A stretch of DNA of 64,000 nucleotides, taken from contig JAMDDD010000004.1 in NCBI GenBank assembly GCA_023489275.1, forward strand, positions 27,802 to 91,801. Reading direction: 5' to 3'. The DNA is from Actinomycetota bacterium. GTDB taxonomy: Bacteria; Actinomycetota; Thermoleophilia; BMS3ABIN01. The notes under the pieces are model-generated. The model did no database searches and was not told the DNA's origin. It saw only the letters and a program-made list of their open reading frames with translations. Below are positions 50,183 through 59,426 of the stretch, in pieces. The translations under genes were made by a program, and so were the position numbers. How positions within the stretch are numbered: the first letter of the stretch is position 1; each line of letters starts with the position of its first letter.

Positions 50183-52942
50183 TTAAAGCTTACAGTCACG
50201 CTGACTGTTGTCGTTGCAGAAGGATTGGAGACCATCACCCAACCAGGTCCAGAGGTAGTCGCTGGAGAGCTCCGAGGCGGGGGTGCCGGGAACCTCGTTA
50301 AAAGCTGAGCCGCCGTTTGAAAGCACCCGCTGGGAAGCGATGATATTGGCCGGTGCGGTCTTGCTGCTGGTAGTCCATGCCTGGACTTCTACGGGACCGC
50401 CGATCATTCCCGGGTAAGAAGGCATGATATCCTGACCGGCCGGCACCGGGTAAAAGCCTTTGACAGCTCCGGCAATTTTGACCTGACAGTAGACCTCAAA
50501 CGGATTCGGATTTGACACCATCACCCAGTCGAGCCGGCCATTGGTCTGATCGTACCAGGTCCAGTAGTAATGATCGGACAGATTGTCAATGTCCTGGCCC
50601 GGCACCTCTTCCAGGGAGTTTCCCGCCCAGAGCGTGCGCTGGCTGGTGATCGCCTTGTCGGAGGTCAGCGAGGCCGCGTTTACCGGTCCGCCGATGACCC
50701 CCAGATACTGGGCGTACAGCGTGCTGCCGGGAGCCACGGCGCCGTTGCCGCTTAAATTCCACTGGCGCCCCCCGATAAACAGGTTGAACTGATCAGTCTG
50801 CGCCGAACCAGACGGGTTCGCCAGCAGCACCCAGTCAGAAGTGTCCGGCGACTGGTTGTCATACCAGGTGAAATAATATGGCCGGTTTGCCTTCAGCACC
50901 GCCCCCTGGTCCCCGCCGGCAAGCGCCTGGCGGTCTCCTAATGCGGACACGCAGTACATATCGTTGAACGTTCCCAGATTTTCCGCCGACCAGGTGGCGC
51001 CGCCGTCCTGCGTGTGGATTACCCGGCCCGAGGCCCCCACGGCAAAGCCGTTGGTAGTGCTGGAGAATGAAACCGCGGCCAGCAGCCTGACCGTGCCCGA
51101 GTTCTCAGGCTGCCAGGTGGAGCCGCCATCGGTGGTTTTGAGGACCACACCCAAGTCCCCAACGGCGTACCCCGTATTGGCGTCGATCATGTCGATTGAG
51201 GAGAGGAAATCCGTCGATGGCTCGTACGTCGGCGTCCAGGTCCCACCGCTGTATTTGTAGATGACGCCTTGGCTTGACAGACCAGGGTCACATGGGTCCG
51301 CCGTGGTGCAGGCAGCCTGCCCCGCGATCCAGCCGTTGCTGGCCGCGTCGGTGGCGTCCACCCAGTTAAGCTGTGCAAGTTCATTCAGGGAAGTATCCAT
51401 CGACCAGGTCGACCCGTCGCTGGTCCGGAGAATGATGCTATTTTTGCCGACGGCCCAGCCGCTGGTGGCGCTGGTCATGTGAACGGAAAGAAGCCCGCTG
51501 CCGGCAACGCCCGACATAGGCGACCAGACGCCGCCGCTATATTTATAAGCCACGGAAAGAGGAGGCTGGTTGCCGCCGGCGCAGGCGGCGTCGTCACAGG
51601 AGCCGACGGCAAAGCCGGTATTTGCGTCCAGAAAACTGACCGAGCGCAGCGTGATGTCGGTCGGGATCGTGCCGGAGCCGGTGCTGTTGTCGGGAGTCCA
51701 GTTGACCCCGCCGTCAGTGGTTGTGACCACGGTGCCGCTGCTTCCCACCATCCAGCCGGCGCTGGCATTGATGAAGCTGGACCCGTAGACCGAAGCCAGC
51801 CCGGCGCTTCCCGCCACGAGCGTCCACGTGGAGCCGCCATCGGTGGTCTTCGTCACGGCGCCGCCGCTGCCGGCGGCGAAGCCGGTGCTGCCGGCGCCCG
51901 GAAACGTAACCGTCGCCAGCGAAGCCGCCGTCCCGGATGAGACGGAACCGGCAGCCAGCGCCGTGGCGACGGTATCGGCGCTGTCGGACCATGGGACGTC
52001 AGCAGCAGTCATGATGGCGCCGCCGCTGCCGACGGCCACGACTGTGTGCGGCGCGCCCCCGGCGCCGCCGATTACGGTCACGGCGCTGATTGGACCCAGC
52101 GGCGAGGCGTCGCTGCTGTAGGTCCAGGTGACGCCGCCATCGGTTGTCTCCAGCAGCCGGCCCTTCGTGCCATTTGAATAGGTGCCGGCCGCAAAACCAT
52201 GATTTGAGTCAACAAAAAAGACGGAGCGGATGTCCGTGCCCGTGATCTGAGAGGCGGTGCAGCTGCTACAGCTGGTCCAGCTGCGTCCGCCGTCAGCCGT
52301 ATTGTAAATCATGCCGTTATTGTTGCCGCCGGCAACGGCAAAGCCGGTATTGGCGTCAACCATCTGCACGCTGTTGGCGGTGCCATCGAGGCCGGTGCCG
52401 GCGTTCCAGGTGGCGCCGCCGTTGGTCGTGTAAAACGCCGTATATCCGCTTGCCTGCCCCACGGCCGCGCCGTCGCTGGAGTTAGCAAATGAAATGCCGC
52501 TCATGCCGGCAGGCTGGGAAGCGGGATAGGGCTGGCTGACCCAGGTGTAGCCGCCGTCAGACGTGTGCAGGATAACGCCGGGAAGCGACGCGTTTAGAGT
52601 ATCTTCGCCGGCCGCCCAGCCATTGCTGGCGTCCGTGAAGTCGATGCTAAACAGGTTATATGACGTGCCCGAGTTCTCAGCCTGCCAGGTGGAGCCGCCA
52701 TCGGTGGTTTTGAGGATGGTGCCGCCAATGCCGGCGGCCCAACCGGTGCTGGCGTTGATAAAAGAGACGGAATTGATCGTGCTGCCCTGGACGTTGGGCT
52801 TTACCCACTCCCAGGGACCGGCCCCGGTGTTGAGCATCTGCCGCGCCGGAGAGGCGCCCGCGGTCGATACAATGACAAACAGGCTCCCCATCAGCAGCGC
52901 CAGTGAGCATAACAGCCGGATTGACAAGATTCTCCCGATCAT
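50183..52942 (-). CDS. secreted multi-domain repeat protein: N-terminal BNR/Ycf48-like beta-propeller repeats plus C-terminal ~95-aa YxxTWYD repeat modules
   Basis: signal peptide; ~9 repeats of (I/V)LKTTDGG(S/T)TW; 3 C-terminal modules (YYFTWYDNQSPDTSDWVLLANP, YYWTWYDQTNGRLDWVMVSNP, YLWTWLGDG) with GGPV and SQR motifs; AGGAG RBS 5 nt before the ATG at 52942. Confidence 0.75.
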   Translation of the reverse strand: MIGRILSIRLLCSLALLMGSLFVIVSTAGASPARQMLNTGAGPWEWVKPNVQGSTINSVSFINASTGWAAGIGGTILKTTDGGSTWQAENSGTSYNLFSIDFTDASNGWAAGEDTLNASLPGVILHTSDGGYTWVSQPYPASQPAGMSGISFANSSDGAAVGQASGYTAFYTTNGGATWNAGTGLDGTANSVQMVDANTGFAVAGGNNNGMIYNTADGGRSWTSCSSCTASQITGTDIRSVFFVDSNHGFAAGTYSNGTKGRLLETTDGGVTWTYSSDASPLGPISAVTVIGGAGGAPHTVVAVGSGGAIMTAADVPWSDSADTVATALAAGSVSSGTAASLATVTFPGAGSTGFAAGSGGAVTKTTDGGSTWTLVAGSAGLASVYGSSFINASAGWMVGSSGTVVTTTDGGVNWTPDNSTGSGTIPTDITLRSVSFLDANTGFAVGSCDDAACAGGNQPPLSVAYKYSGGVWSPMSGVAGSGLLSVHMTSATSGWAVGKNSIILRTSDGSTWSMDTSLNELAQLNWVDATDAASNGWIAGQAACTTADPCDPGLSSQGVIYKYSGGTWTPTYEPSTDFLSSIDMIDANTGYAVGDLGVVLKTTDGGSTWQPENSGTVRLLAAVSFSSTTNGFAVGASGRVIHTQDGGATWSAENLGTFNDMYCVSALGDRQALAGGDQGAVLKANRPYYFTWYDNQSPDTSDWVLLANPSGSAQTDQFNLFIGGRQWNLSGNGAVAPGSTLYAQYLGVIGGPVNAASLTSDKAITSQRTLWAGNSLEEVPGQDIDNLSDHYYWTWYDQTNGRLDWVMVSNPNPFEVYCQVKIAGAVKGFYPVPAGQDIMPSYPGMIGGPVEVQAWTTSSKTAPANIIASQRVLSNGGSAFNEVPGTPASELSSDYLWTWLGDGLQSFCNDNSQRDCKL

Positions 52943-53173
52943 TTTTTCTCCTAGTGGATTTTGATTGGACGGCACACTTTCACGGCAAGCGCTGTGCCTT
53001 CCTGGTTTCAGGCGGCAGTAACTTCATCGGAAAATTATTGATTTTAGCAAACCCATGCCGTACCGCGTGATTTGGGTGGGGAGCCGGAATGGGAATATAA
53101 CTTAACTCGAAGTCATTCCGCAGTCAAGTTAAGAATATGTTACGTTTTCCCGACGCCTTGCTTCCCCAAATCG

Positions 53174-54976
53174 TCAGGCGGCAGGATAGTAGTATTCGTT
53201 GCCCTCATTGTCATAGCAATGCGCGCGTACATCAGTCAAGAACGACTGCACGCCATTGGGAATTTGATATTTCACCGTGAAGCTGGCGTAACCGCCGCTG
53301 CCGACCAGATCACCCAGACTCTCAGGCAGGCTCGTGATAACGGCGACGCCGCTGTCGGTTTTGACGCTGTCCAGCGTCGCCTTGATCCCGGCTTCCTGCC
53401 CCTCATTGCTGATCCTGAAGTCTACCGAAAGGTCCCGGTTGGCATAATCGGATGCGGAGGCCCAATAGGTGTTGATTTTTAAAAGCTCAAGATCGGGCGT
53501 CGCCGGACCCAATTCCCCCGTGGATGCCCGCGGCAGACCAACCAGCTCATTGAAGCTGTTCTTGTAAATCGTGCGCTGGCTGGAAAGCAAGGGCTTGCCA
53601 CCGTTGTTTATCACCCGCACCGGTCCGCCCTGCATGCCGGCAAGGCTTGAATTGGAGCTGCTGCCTTCGCCAATCGTAAGCGAGTCACTCGGCTGCGGCG
53701 CCTGCCCCAGATAAACGTCCGCGGACGCGCTGCCCACGCCCTGGTTGCCGATCATGACCCAGTCGCCGCTGAAACCGTCTTCCTGCCTGTTGTCATACCA
53801 GCCGTAGTCCATCTCCGTGTCCAGACCCGCGGGCGGCGTCCCCGGCACTTCCTTGAATGAGTTCTTGTACAGGGTGCGCTGGCTCACCAGAATATTCTCG
53901 CCGGCGGCGCAATTGGTGCAGACAACCCTGACCGGCCCACCGATCTGACCGGGGAAGAAGGGCGTGACGCTCTGTTCCGGCCCGATGGGGTACGTCTGTT
54001 TCGGATTGGGGTCGCTGCCGATATAAAGCTGCGCGTTTACGGGTGAAGTGCCCGGGTTTGACATCATCACCCAGTCACCGCTGAAATCCCCGGTCATATC
54101 ATACCAGCTGAAAAAATATGCTTTGTCAAGACGCCCCTGCGGGTAGCCCATCACTTCGCTGAAGCTGTTCTTGTACAGTACTCTTTGAGAAACCATTAGC
54201 TTCTTGCCATTGGTGCTGATCACATGAACGGGCCCCCCGATCAGCCCGGGAAACTGCGGTTCGATCTGCTGGCCGGGATCGATATGGTAAGTGGTGTTCC
54301 CAACCTGCTTGGAACCGACAAAAAACTGGACATCCGCAGTCTGGCTGTCCTCATTGGCGACAATTAACCAGTTGCCGTTCATCCCGTCTTGCGGCAGGGA
54401 ATCATACCAGGTGAAGTAATATGAAGAATCGAGATTGCTGTAAAGCAAGGCGGCTATCTCGTTGAAAGAATTCTTGTAGATGACCCTCTGGGTGACGGCG
54501 AGCGCCTGCCCGCCGGTGGAAATTACCCGGACGGGTCCGCCGATCTCATTAGCCCAGGAAACAACCCATTTGCCATGGGGGGGGATATCAAACGTGTTGC
54601 GCGGAGATTGCCCGGCGCCCAGAAAGACTTCAACGTGAGCCGTGGCGTTATCCAGATTTCCCAAGGTGATCCAGTCGCCGTTCATGCCGTCCTGGGGCAG
54701 GGAATCATACCACGCGAAGTAGTAAGTCTTTGGCTGTGAGGCTGTCATCGGCTGGGTCGTTGCCGCCGATCCGGCCCCCGCCGGAATAGCAAAAATCATA
54801 ATGGCAGCCAGAATCAGCGCCGCCGCTGCTTTTGTTGCTGTCCCTTTTCCCAAGATGTATCGCCTATGCCTATGCCCTGCCGAACGCCCATCGGGCCCAA
54901 GTGCGACCAATGCCATCCCGTTGGATTTCTTGGCTTGCCCCCGGAGAACTTCTATCAGACAGCTAACGAACGCCAA
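53174..54976 (-). CDS. secreted repeat protein with 4-5 tandem ~95-100-aa YxxTWYD..GDW..GGPV..SQR..YKNSF modules
   Basis: modules YYFAWYDSLPQDGMNGDW, YYFTWYDSLPQDGMNGNW, YFFSWYDMTGDFSGDW, DYGWYDNRQEDGFSGDW each followed by GGPVRV and SQR(V/T)(I/L)YKNSF(N/S/K)E; probable TTG start at 54853 giving a signal peptide (MGKGTATKAAAALILAAIMIFAIPAGAGSA). Confidence 0.7.
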   Translation of the reverse strand: MAFVSCLIEVLRGQAKKSNGMALVALGPDGRSAGHRHRRYILGKGTATKAAAALILAAIMIFAIPAGAGSAATTQPMTASQPKTYYFAWYDSLPQDGMNGDWITLGNLDNATAHVEVFLGAGQSPRNTFDIPPHGKWVVSWANEIGGPVRVISTGGQALAVTQRVIYKNSFNEIAALLYSNLDSSYYFTWYDSLPQDGMNGNWLIVANEDSQTADVQFFVGSKQVGNTTYHIDPGQQIEPQFPGLIGGPVHVISTNGKKLMVSQRVLYKNSFSEVMGYPQGRLDKAYFFSWYDMTGDFSGDWVMMSNPGTSPVNAQLYIGSDPNPKQTYPIGPEQSVTPFFPGQIGGPVRVVCTNCAAGENILVSQRTLYKNSFKEVPGTPPAGLDTEMDYGWYDNRQEDGFSGDWVMIGNQGVGSASADVYLGQAPQPSDSLTIGEGSSSNSSLAGMQGGPVRVINNGGKPLLSSQRTIYKNSFNELVGLPRASTGELGPATPDLELLKINTYWASASDYANRDLSVDFRISNEGQEAGIKATLDSVKTDSGVAVITSLPESLGDLVGSGGYASFTVKYQIPNGVQSFLTDVRAHCYDNEGNEYYYPAA

Positions 54977-55180
54977 AAAGAGCGGAATGCAACGCGCTCA
55001 AGAGCCGGTGATTTTTGCAACACCAGAACCCAACCCCCCCTGATAGACCAAAGACCCGGAGCGGGCTGCTATGAGCCTCCGGCCGCCAGAGCTTTTCAAG
55101 TATACATTTTTTGAAAAATATTACAAGACCACGAATGTATATAAGATCAAAAAACGGTCAACGGAGGCGAGGCGGGCGGA

Positions 55181-56464
55181 TTACAGGTGCGGATAGAGGG
55201 GAAAGCCGGCCAGCAGCTCGTTCACTCTCCCGCGGAGCTTCTTCTTTTCCGCTTCATTGATGTTCCGGCTGAGCGCCGACAGGATGATCGCCGCCGTTTC
55301 CTCCATCTCCGGCTCCCTGAATCCCCGGGATGTTACCGCCGGCGTGCCGATGCGGATGCCGCTGGTCACGGTCGCCGGCAGCGGGTCGTAGGGAACGGCA
55401 TTCTTGTTAACGGTGATGCCGACCTCCTCCAGGCGCTTTTCCGCTTCGACCCCGGTGAGACCGATGTCAGTCAGATCCGCCAGCATCAGATGGTTGTCGG
55501 TGCCGCCGGAGACCAGCTGGATGCCGCCCTCCTTCAGCCGCTTGGCCAGCAGGGCGGCATTGGCGACGGTCTGCCGCTGGCGCTCCCGGAACTCGTCCGT
55601 CGCGGCCAGCTTGAAGCAGGCCGCCTTGGCGGCAATGATGTGCATCAGCGGCCCGCCCTGCAGCCCGGGGAAAACCGCCTTGTCAATGCCTTTGCCCAGC
55701 CCGCGCTTGCACATGATGACGCCGGAGCGCGGGCCGGCCAGTGTTTTGTGGGTGGTAGTGGTGACGTAATCGCTGACGGCCACGGGATCAGGGTGCAGCT
55801 CCGCCGCCACCAGTCCAGCAATGTGAGCCATGTCAACCATCAGCCGGGCGCCAACCGAGCGGGCGATCCGGGCAAACCGCTCAAAATCAATGCTGCGGGG
55901 ATAAGCGCTGGCGCCGGCGACAATCAGCCGGGGCTGATGCTCGCGGGCCAGCTCCTCGATCTCGTCGTAGTTGAGCCGTCCGGTCTCCCGGTCCAGCCCG
56001 TAACTGTGCACATGGTAATAGCGGCCGGAAAAATTAATCTTCATCCCATGCGTCAGATGGCCGCCATGAGTCAGCTTCATCGCCAGGATGGAATCCCCCA
56101 CCGCCAGTTCGGCGAAATAGACGGCCTGGTTGGCAGAGGAGCCACTGTGGGGCTGGACATTGACATGTTCGGCGCCAAACAGCGACTTGCAGCGGGTTAT
56201 GGCAAGGTTCTCCACTTCATCAACGACCTCGCAGCCGCCATAATAACGCGCTCCCGGATATCCTTCCGCGTACTTGTTGGTCAGGACGGAGGCCGCCGCT
56301 TCCAGGACGGCGCGGCTGGTGAAGTTCTCGGAGGCGATCAGCTCTATCGTGCTTCGCTGGCGCTCCAGCTCTCTTCTGATCATCTCCGCCAGATCGGGAT
56401 CTGCTTCCGCGAGCGGAGCCCTGAACTCCGGCTGGGTTTTCGGTTCTATTCCGGGGCGAGCCAA
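55181..56464 (-). CDS. glyA: serine hydroxymethyltransferase
   Basis: 427 aa; SHMT is among the most conserved enzymes; PLP-Lys in the [13 protein letters not shown] motif. Confidence 0.97.
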   Translation of the reverse strand: MARPGIEPKTQPEFRAPLAEADPDLAEMIRRELERQRSTIELIASENFTSRAVLEAAASVLTNKYAEGYPGARYYGGCEVVDEVENLAITRCKSLFGAEHVNVQPHSGSSANQAVYFAELAVGDSILAMKLTHGGHLTHGMKINFSGRYYHVHSYGLDRETGRLNYDEIEELAREHQPRLIVAGASAYPRSIDFERFARIARSVGARLMVDMAHIAGLVAAELHPDPVAVSDYVTTTTHKTLAGPRSGVIMCKRGLGKGIDKAVFPGLQGGPLMHIIAAKAACFKLAATDEFRERQRQTVANAALLAKRLKEGGIQLVSGGTDNHLMLADLTDIGLTGVEAEKRLEEVGITVNKNAVPYDPLPATVTSGIRIGTPAVTSRGFREPEMEETAAIILSALSRNINEAEKKKLRGRVNELLAGFPLYPHL

Positions 56465-56901
56465 TTTTTCTCCAGTTCGACGATCTGGCCCAGGCGGCGG
56501 GCATGCCGGCCGCCATCGAAACCGGTTCGCAGCCAGACGTCAATGATGTCGAATGCGGTTTTATCCTCCATCATCCGCTGCCCCAGACAAAGGATGTTGG
56601 CGTCATTATGGCGCCGGCTGAGTACGGCCTGTTCGACGCTACAGGGACCGACTGCGCGGATGCCGGCGATTTTGTTGGCGGCGATGTACATTCCCAGGCC
56701 GGTGCCACAAACGAGAATGCCGCGGTCCGCCTTGCCGCCCGCGACTTCCCGCGCCACCCGGGTGGCGTAGACCGGGTAGTCGACGCTTTCACCGGAACCT
56801 GTGCCCATGTCGATCACTTCATGTCCCGCAGCCTCGAGGCGGCTTACCGTCATCTGCTTTAGTTCATAACCGGCATGATCCGCCGCCAGCGCGACTTTCA
56901 T
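56446..56901 (-). CDS. rpiB: ribose-5-phosphate isomerase B
   Basis: [16 protein letters not shown] and catalytic Cys in ILVCGTGLG. Confidence 0.9.
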   Translation of the reverse strand: MKVALAADHAGYELKQMTVSRLEAAGHEVIDMGTGSGESVDYPVYATRVAREVAGGKADRGILVCGTGLGMYIAANKIAGIRAVGPCSVEQAVLSRRHNDANILCLGQRMMEDKTAFDIIDVWLRTGFDGGRHARRLGQIVELEKNWLAPE

Positions 56902-57453
56902 TTATCTTTCTCCTTCATGTTCAGCGCCAGCCCGCATGGCGAGAACGCCTTGGAAAACTCTTGGCAGCGTGGGTTTAAGCATGTTCAGCACTTCCAGATA
57001 ATAGTCCACGGACTCCCCGACAGGATCGGGGATGTCGGTCTCGGCTGGCCGCTGGCCGGCCAGCCTCTGCGGGAAAAGCATTGCCAAGTATACCTTATTT
57101 TCGTGCTGAGGGAACCGGCGTCTGAGCCAGTCCTGGTGGTGTTGCGCAGCGGCGAGGATAATATCGGACCGGGCGGCAATCTGCGGCGTAACTTCGCGGG
57201 CGCGATGCCGGGAGAGGTCCAGGCCCCAGCGGCGGCCCGCTTCCTTCGCCTCGGCAGTGGCCGGATTTCCGGGAAGTGCGTGTGTGCCGGCGGAGCTGAC
57301 CTGAAGTTGCCCGGAAGCGCCATGCCTGGCGGCAAAGTCCTGCAGCAGCGCCGCCGCCAGCGGGCTGCGGCAAATATTGCCGGTGCAGACGTATAAAACC
57401 GATACCTGATGCTGAATATTTGATGCCGGACCAAGCAAACCCATAATTTGCAA
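56902..57453 (-). CDS. low-molecular-weight protein phosphatase (YwlE-like)
   Basis: P-loop VLYVCTGNICRSPLAAAL. Confidence 0.85.
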   Translation of the reverse strand: MQIMGLLGPASNIQHQVSVLYVCTGNICRSPLAAALLQDFAARHGASGQLQVSSAGTHALPGNPATAEAKEAGRRWGLDLSRHRAREVTPQIAARSDIILAAAQHHQDWLRRRFPQHENKVYLAMLFPQRLAGQRPAETDIPDPVGESVDYYLEVLNMLKPTLPRVFQGVLAMRAGAEHEGER

Positions 57454-57461
57454 CCGGTTAT

Positions 57462-58106
57462 CTAGGCAATCTTTCCGATCAGGACCGCTACTTCCCGGCG
57501 CGGCATGGCGCCTTCCCGGAGGATGCGCGCCGGCCCGCCGGCGGCCAGCGGCCTGAGGTCAACCACGGTGGATGCGGCGCAATTCTCCACCGGCCCCGCG
57601 TCGACAATAAACTCGCAGGCTTCTTTAACAGAATCTGGAATGTCATCAACACAACACGGATCGGCGCCGCCGGCCAGATTGGCGCTGGTCAGCGCCAGCG
57701 GCGACGGCAGCCGCTGAAACAGGCCCGACTGCGGCTCCGGCAGCACGCGGACGCCGATGCCTCCCTCCCAAACGGCCGCGGCGCCGGGCTTGCCCGCCGC
57801 CGCGGCCGCCGGCAATATCAGCGTCACCGGTCCCGGCAGCAGCTCCTCCGCCGCGTTTAGCACCGCTGCCGGCAGCCGGGTGTACGTATGCACCAGCCGG
57901 ATAAAATCGTCAAACACCAGTGCCACCGGTTTGCCCGGCGCCCTTCCCTTGACGGCGTATAGCCTCTCGAGCGCCTCGGGCTCGGGCTCGCAGGCGATGC
58001 CGTAAACCGTGTCCGCAGGCAGGGCGGCCAGCCGCCGGCGCTCCAGCGCCGCGGCCACGCCGGACCAGTCGAAGCGGGTCATGTCTTTTATAAGGAGGTG
58101 TTCCAT
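57462..58106 (-). CDS. L-threonylcarbamoyladenylate synthase (Sua5/YrdC/YwlC family)
   Basis: YrdC-fold motifs (LPADTVYGIACEP, KGRAPGKPVALVF); ywlC-ywlE-rpiB-glyA order as in Bacillus. Confidence 0.85.
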   Translation of the reverse strand: MEHLLIKDMTRFDWSGVAAALERRRLAALPADTVYGIACEPEPEALERLYAVKGRAPGKPVALVFDDFIRLVHTYTRLPAAVLNAAEELLPGPVTLILPAAAAAGKPGAAAVWEGGIGVRVLPEPQSGLFQRLPSPLALTSANLAGGADPCCVDDIPDSVKEACEFIVDAGPVENCAASTVVDLRPLAAGGPARILREGAMPRREVAVLIGKIA

Positions 58107-58242
58107 GGTTATTTACGGTTTGAAACTATCTTCGCAGCCGGCCGTAGTCAAGGCCGTTTAGAGCCGGAGCCCAATGAGTCTATAACTTCAAAGGGTCCGG
58201 TGCGCCGGACGGGTTTTTTACAGTTCCAAGGAGGGGGTGGCG

Positions 58243-58562
58243 ATGCGCGCAATGGTGCTGGTCAAGGAGAACGCGGACTCCGAGCCGGGCGTGATGCCGA
58301 TCGCGAGAGCCTCGCCGCGATGGGCGGGTACAACGAGGAGCTGGCGCAGGCCGGCGAGCTGCTGGCCGGTTTCTGGATCTGGCGGGTGGGCTCGATGGAA
58401 GACGCCGTCCAGTGGCTGAAGCAGGCGCCCTTCGGCGGCGGCGTGGAAATCGGGATCCGCCCCGTCTTCGAGACCGAGGATTTCGGCGCCGTATTCACGC
58501 CGGAGATGCGGGAGCAGGAACAGTGTGTGCAGGAAATGGCGGAGCGGAACAAGGCGGCATAG
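58243..58562 (+). pseudogene. YciI-like (DGPF/YCII family) gene, apparently frameshifted with an internal deletion
   Basis: frame A encodes MRAMVLVKENADSEPGVMP and frame B (-1) continues (D)RESLAAMGGYNEELAQAGELLAG..FWIWRVGSMEDAVQWLKQAPF..VEIGIRPVFETEDFG; the shift is consistent with a 1-nt deletion at ~58296, and ~35 residues including the DGPF motif are missing. Confidence 0.5.
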
Positions 58563-58630
58563 GTTTATCCGGCATCCAGTTCCTGGTTTTTGGTTTTATC
58601 CGGAATCCGGCATCTGTCATCCAGCATCCC
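58562..58630. repeat. GGTTTTTGGTTTTATCC-(CGGAATCC/CGGCATCC)n element upstream of the lexA promoter
   Basis: ggtttatccggcatccagttcctggtttttggttttatccggaatccggcatctgtcatccagcatcc. Confidence 0.5.
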
Positions 58631-58631
58631 C

Positions 58632-58661
58632 TTGACAGGCGTACGTTCGTCCGCCTATAAT
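58632..58661 (+). promoter_or_regulatory. sigma70-like promoter upstream of lexA (TTGACA-N18-TATAAT)
   Basis: TTGACA at 58632-58637 and TATAAT at 58656-58661, seen directly; spacer contains GTACGTTCG. Confidence 0.4.
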
Positions 58662-58740
58662 GTTTTTCCCTACAAGGAAGGGGCAGCCGCCGGCGCCGGA
58701 GCGGCGCGAACAGGCCGGCGCCGCGCAAGCCACTCTCACC

Positions 58741-59316
58741 ATGAACAGCAGGACGCCAAAACATTTTGACAGGATAGTCGCCTTCTACCGGGCCAACCGG
58801 CGCATGCCCAGCCACGCCGAGATCGCCGAGATCGCGGGCTTAAGCTCCAAGGGGACCACCTACAAGCTGGTCAACCGGCTGGTGTCCCTGGGCCTGGTGG
58901 AGCGCGACGGAAAGGGGAAACTGCTGCCGGGGAGCCGGTTCTTGAGCCTGCCGCGGCTGGGCACGGTCGAGGCCGGCTGGCCCTCGCCCGCCGAAGAGGA
59001 GCTGCTGGACACGATGAGCCTGGAAGAGTTCCTCATCGAGCGGCCGGATAACACCTTCATCCTCAAGGTGCAGGGCGACTCGATGCTCGATGCCGGCATC
59101 ATGCCGGGCGACATGGTGCTGGTGGAACGGGGCGTACGCGAGAAGGATGGCGACATCATCATCGCCGAGGTCGACCGCGAGTGGACCATGAAGTACTACC
59201 GCAAGAAGAACGGCAAGGTCTGGCTGGAAGCAGCCAACAGCAAGTACGGACCGATATATCCGCAGGAAGAGCTGCGCGTCGCTGCCGTGGTCAAGGCGGT
59301 CATCCGGAAGTACTGA
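58741..59316 (+). CDS. lexA: LexA repressor
   Basis: N-terminal winged HTH (SHAEIAEIAGLSSKGTTYKLVNRL), cleavage site LGTVEAG, S24 Ser/Lys (QGDSM ... EWTMKYYRKK); ATG at 58741 (the ORF-track extension is unconserved). Confidence 0.88.
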   Translation: MNSRTPKHFDRIVAFYRANRRMPSHAEIAEIAGLSSKGTTYKLVNRLVSLGLVERDGKGKLLPGSRFLSLPRLGTVEAGWPSPAEEELLDTMSLEEFLIERPDNTFILKVQGDSMLDAGIMPGDMVLVERGVREKDGDIIIAEVDREWTMKYYRKKNGKVWLEAANSKYGPIYPQEELRVAAVVKAVIRKY

Positions 59317-59426
59317 TGCGGAAATCCAGGTTGACATCTTGCCCGTATAGTGTGAATATTGACGGCCCGGCGCCTTCATTGCCGGCGGCCGGCGCGCGCG
59401 GCGCGCACTAGAACAGGGGGCGTTGG

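Noticed and set aside
58098-58562. 154-aa ORF-track call as a single intact protein
   Set aside because: Its N-terminal 45 residues overlap the ywlC start on the other strand and are unconserved; only the C-terminal part is YciI-like and it needs the neighbouring frame (58237..) for its N-terminus, so it is treated as a frameshifted pseudogene instead
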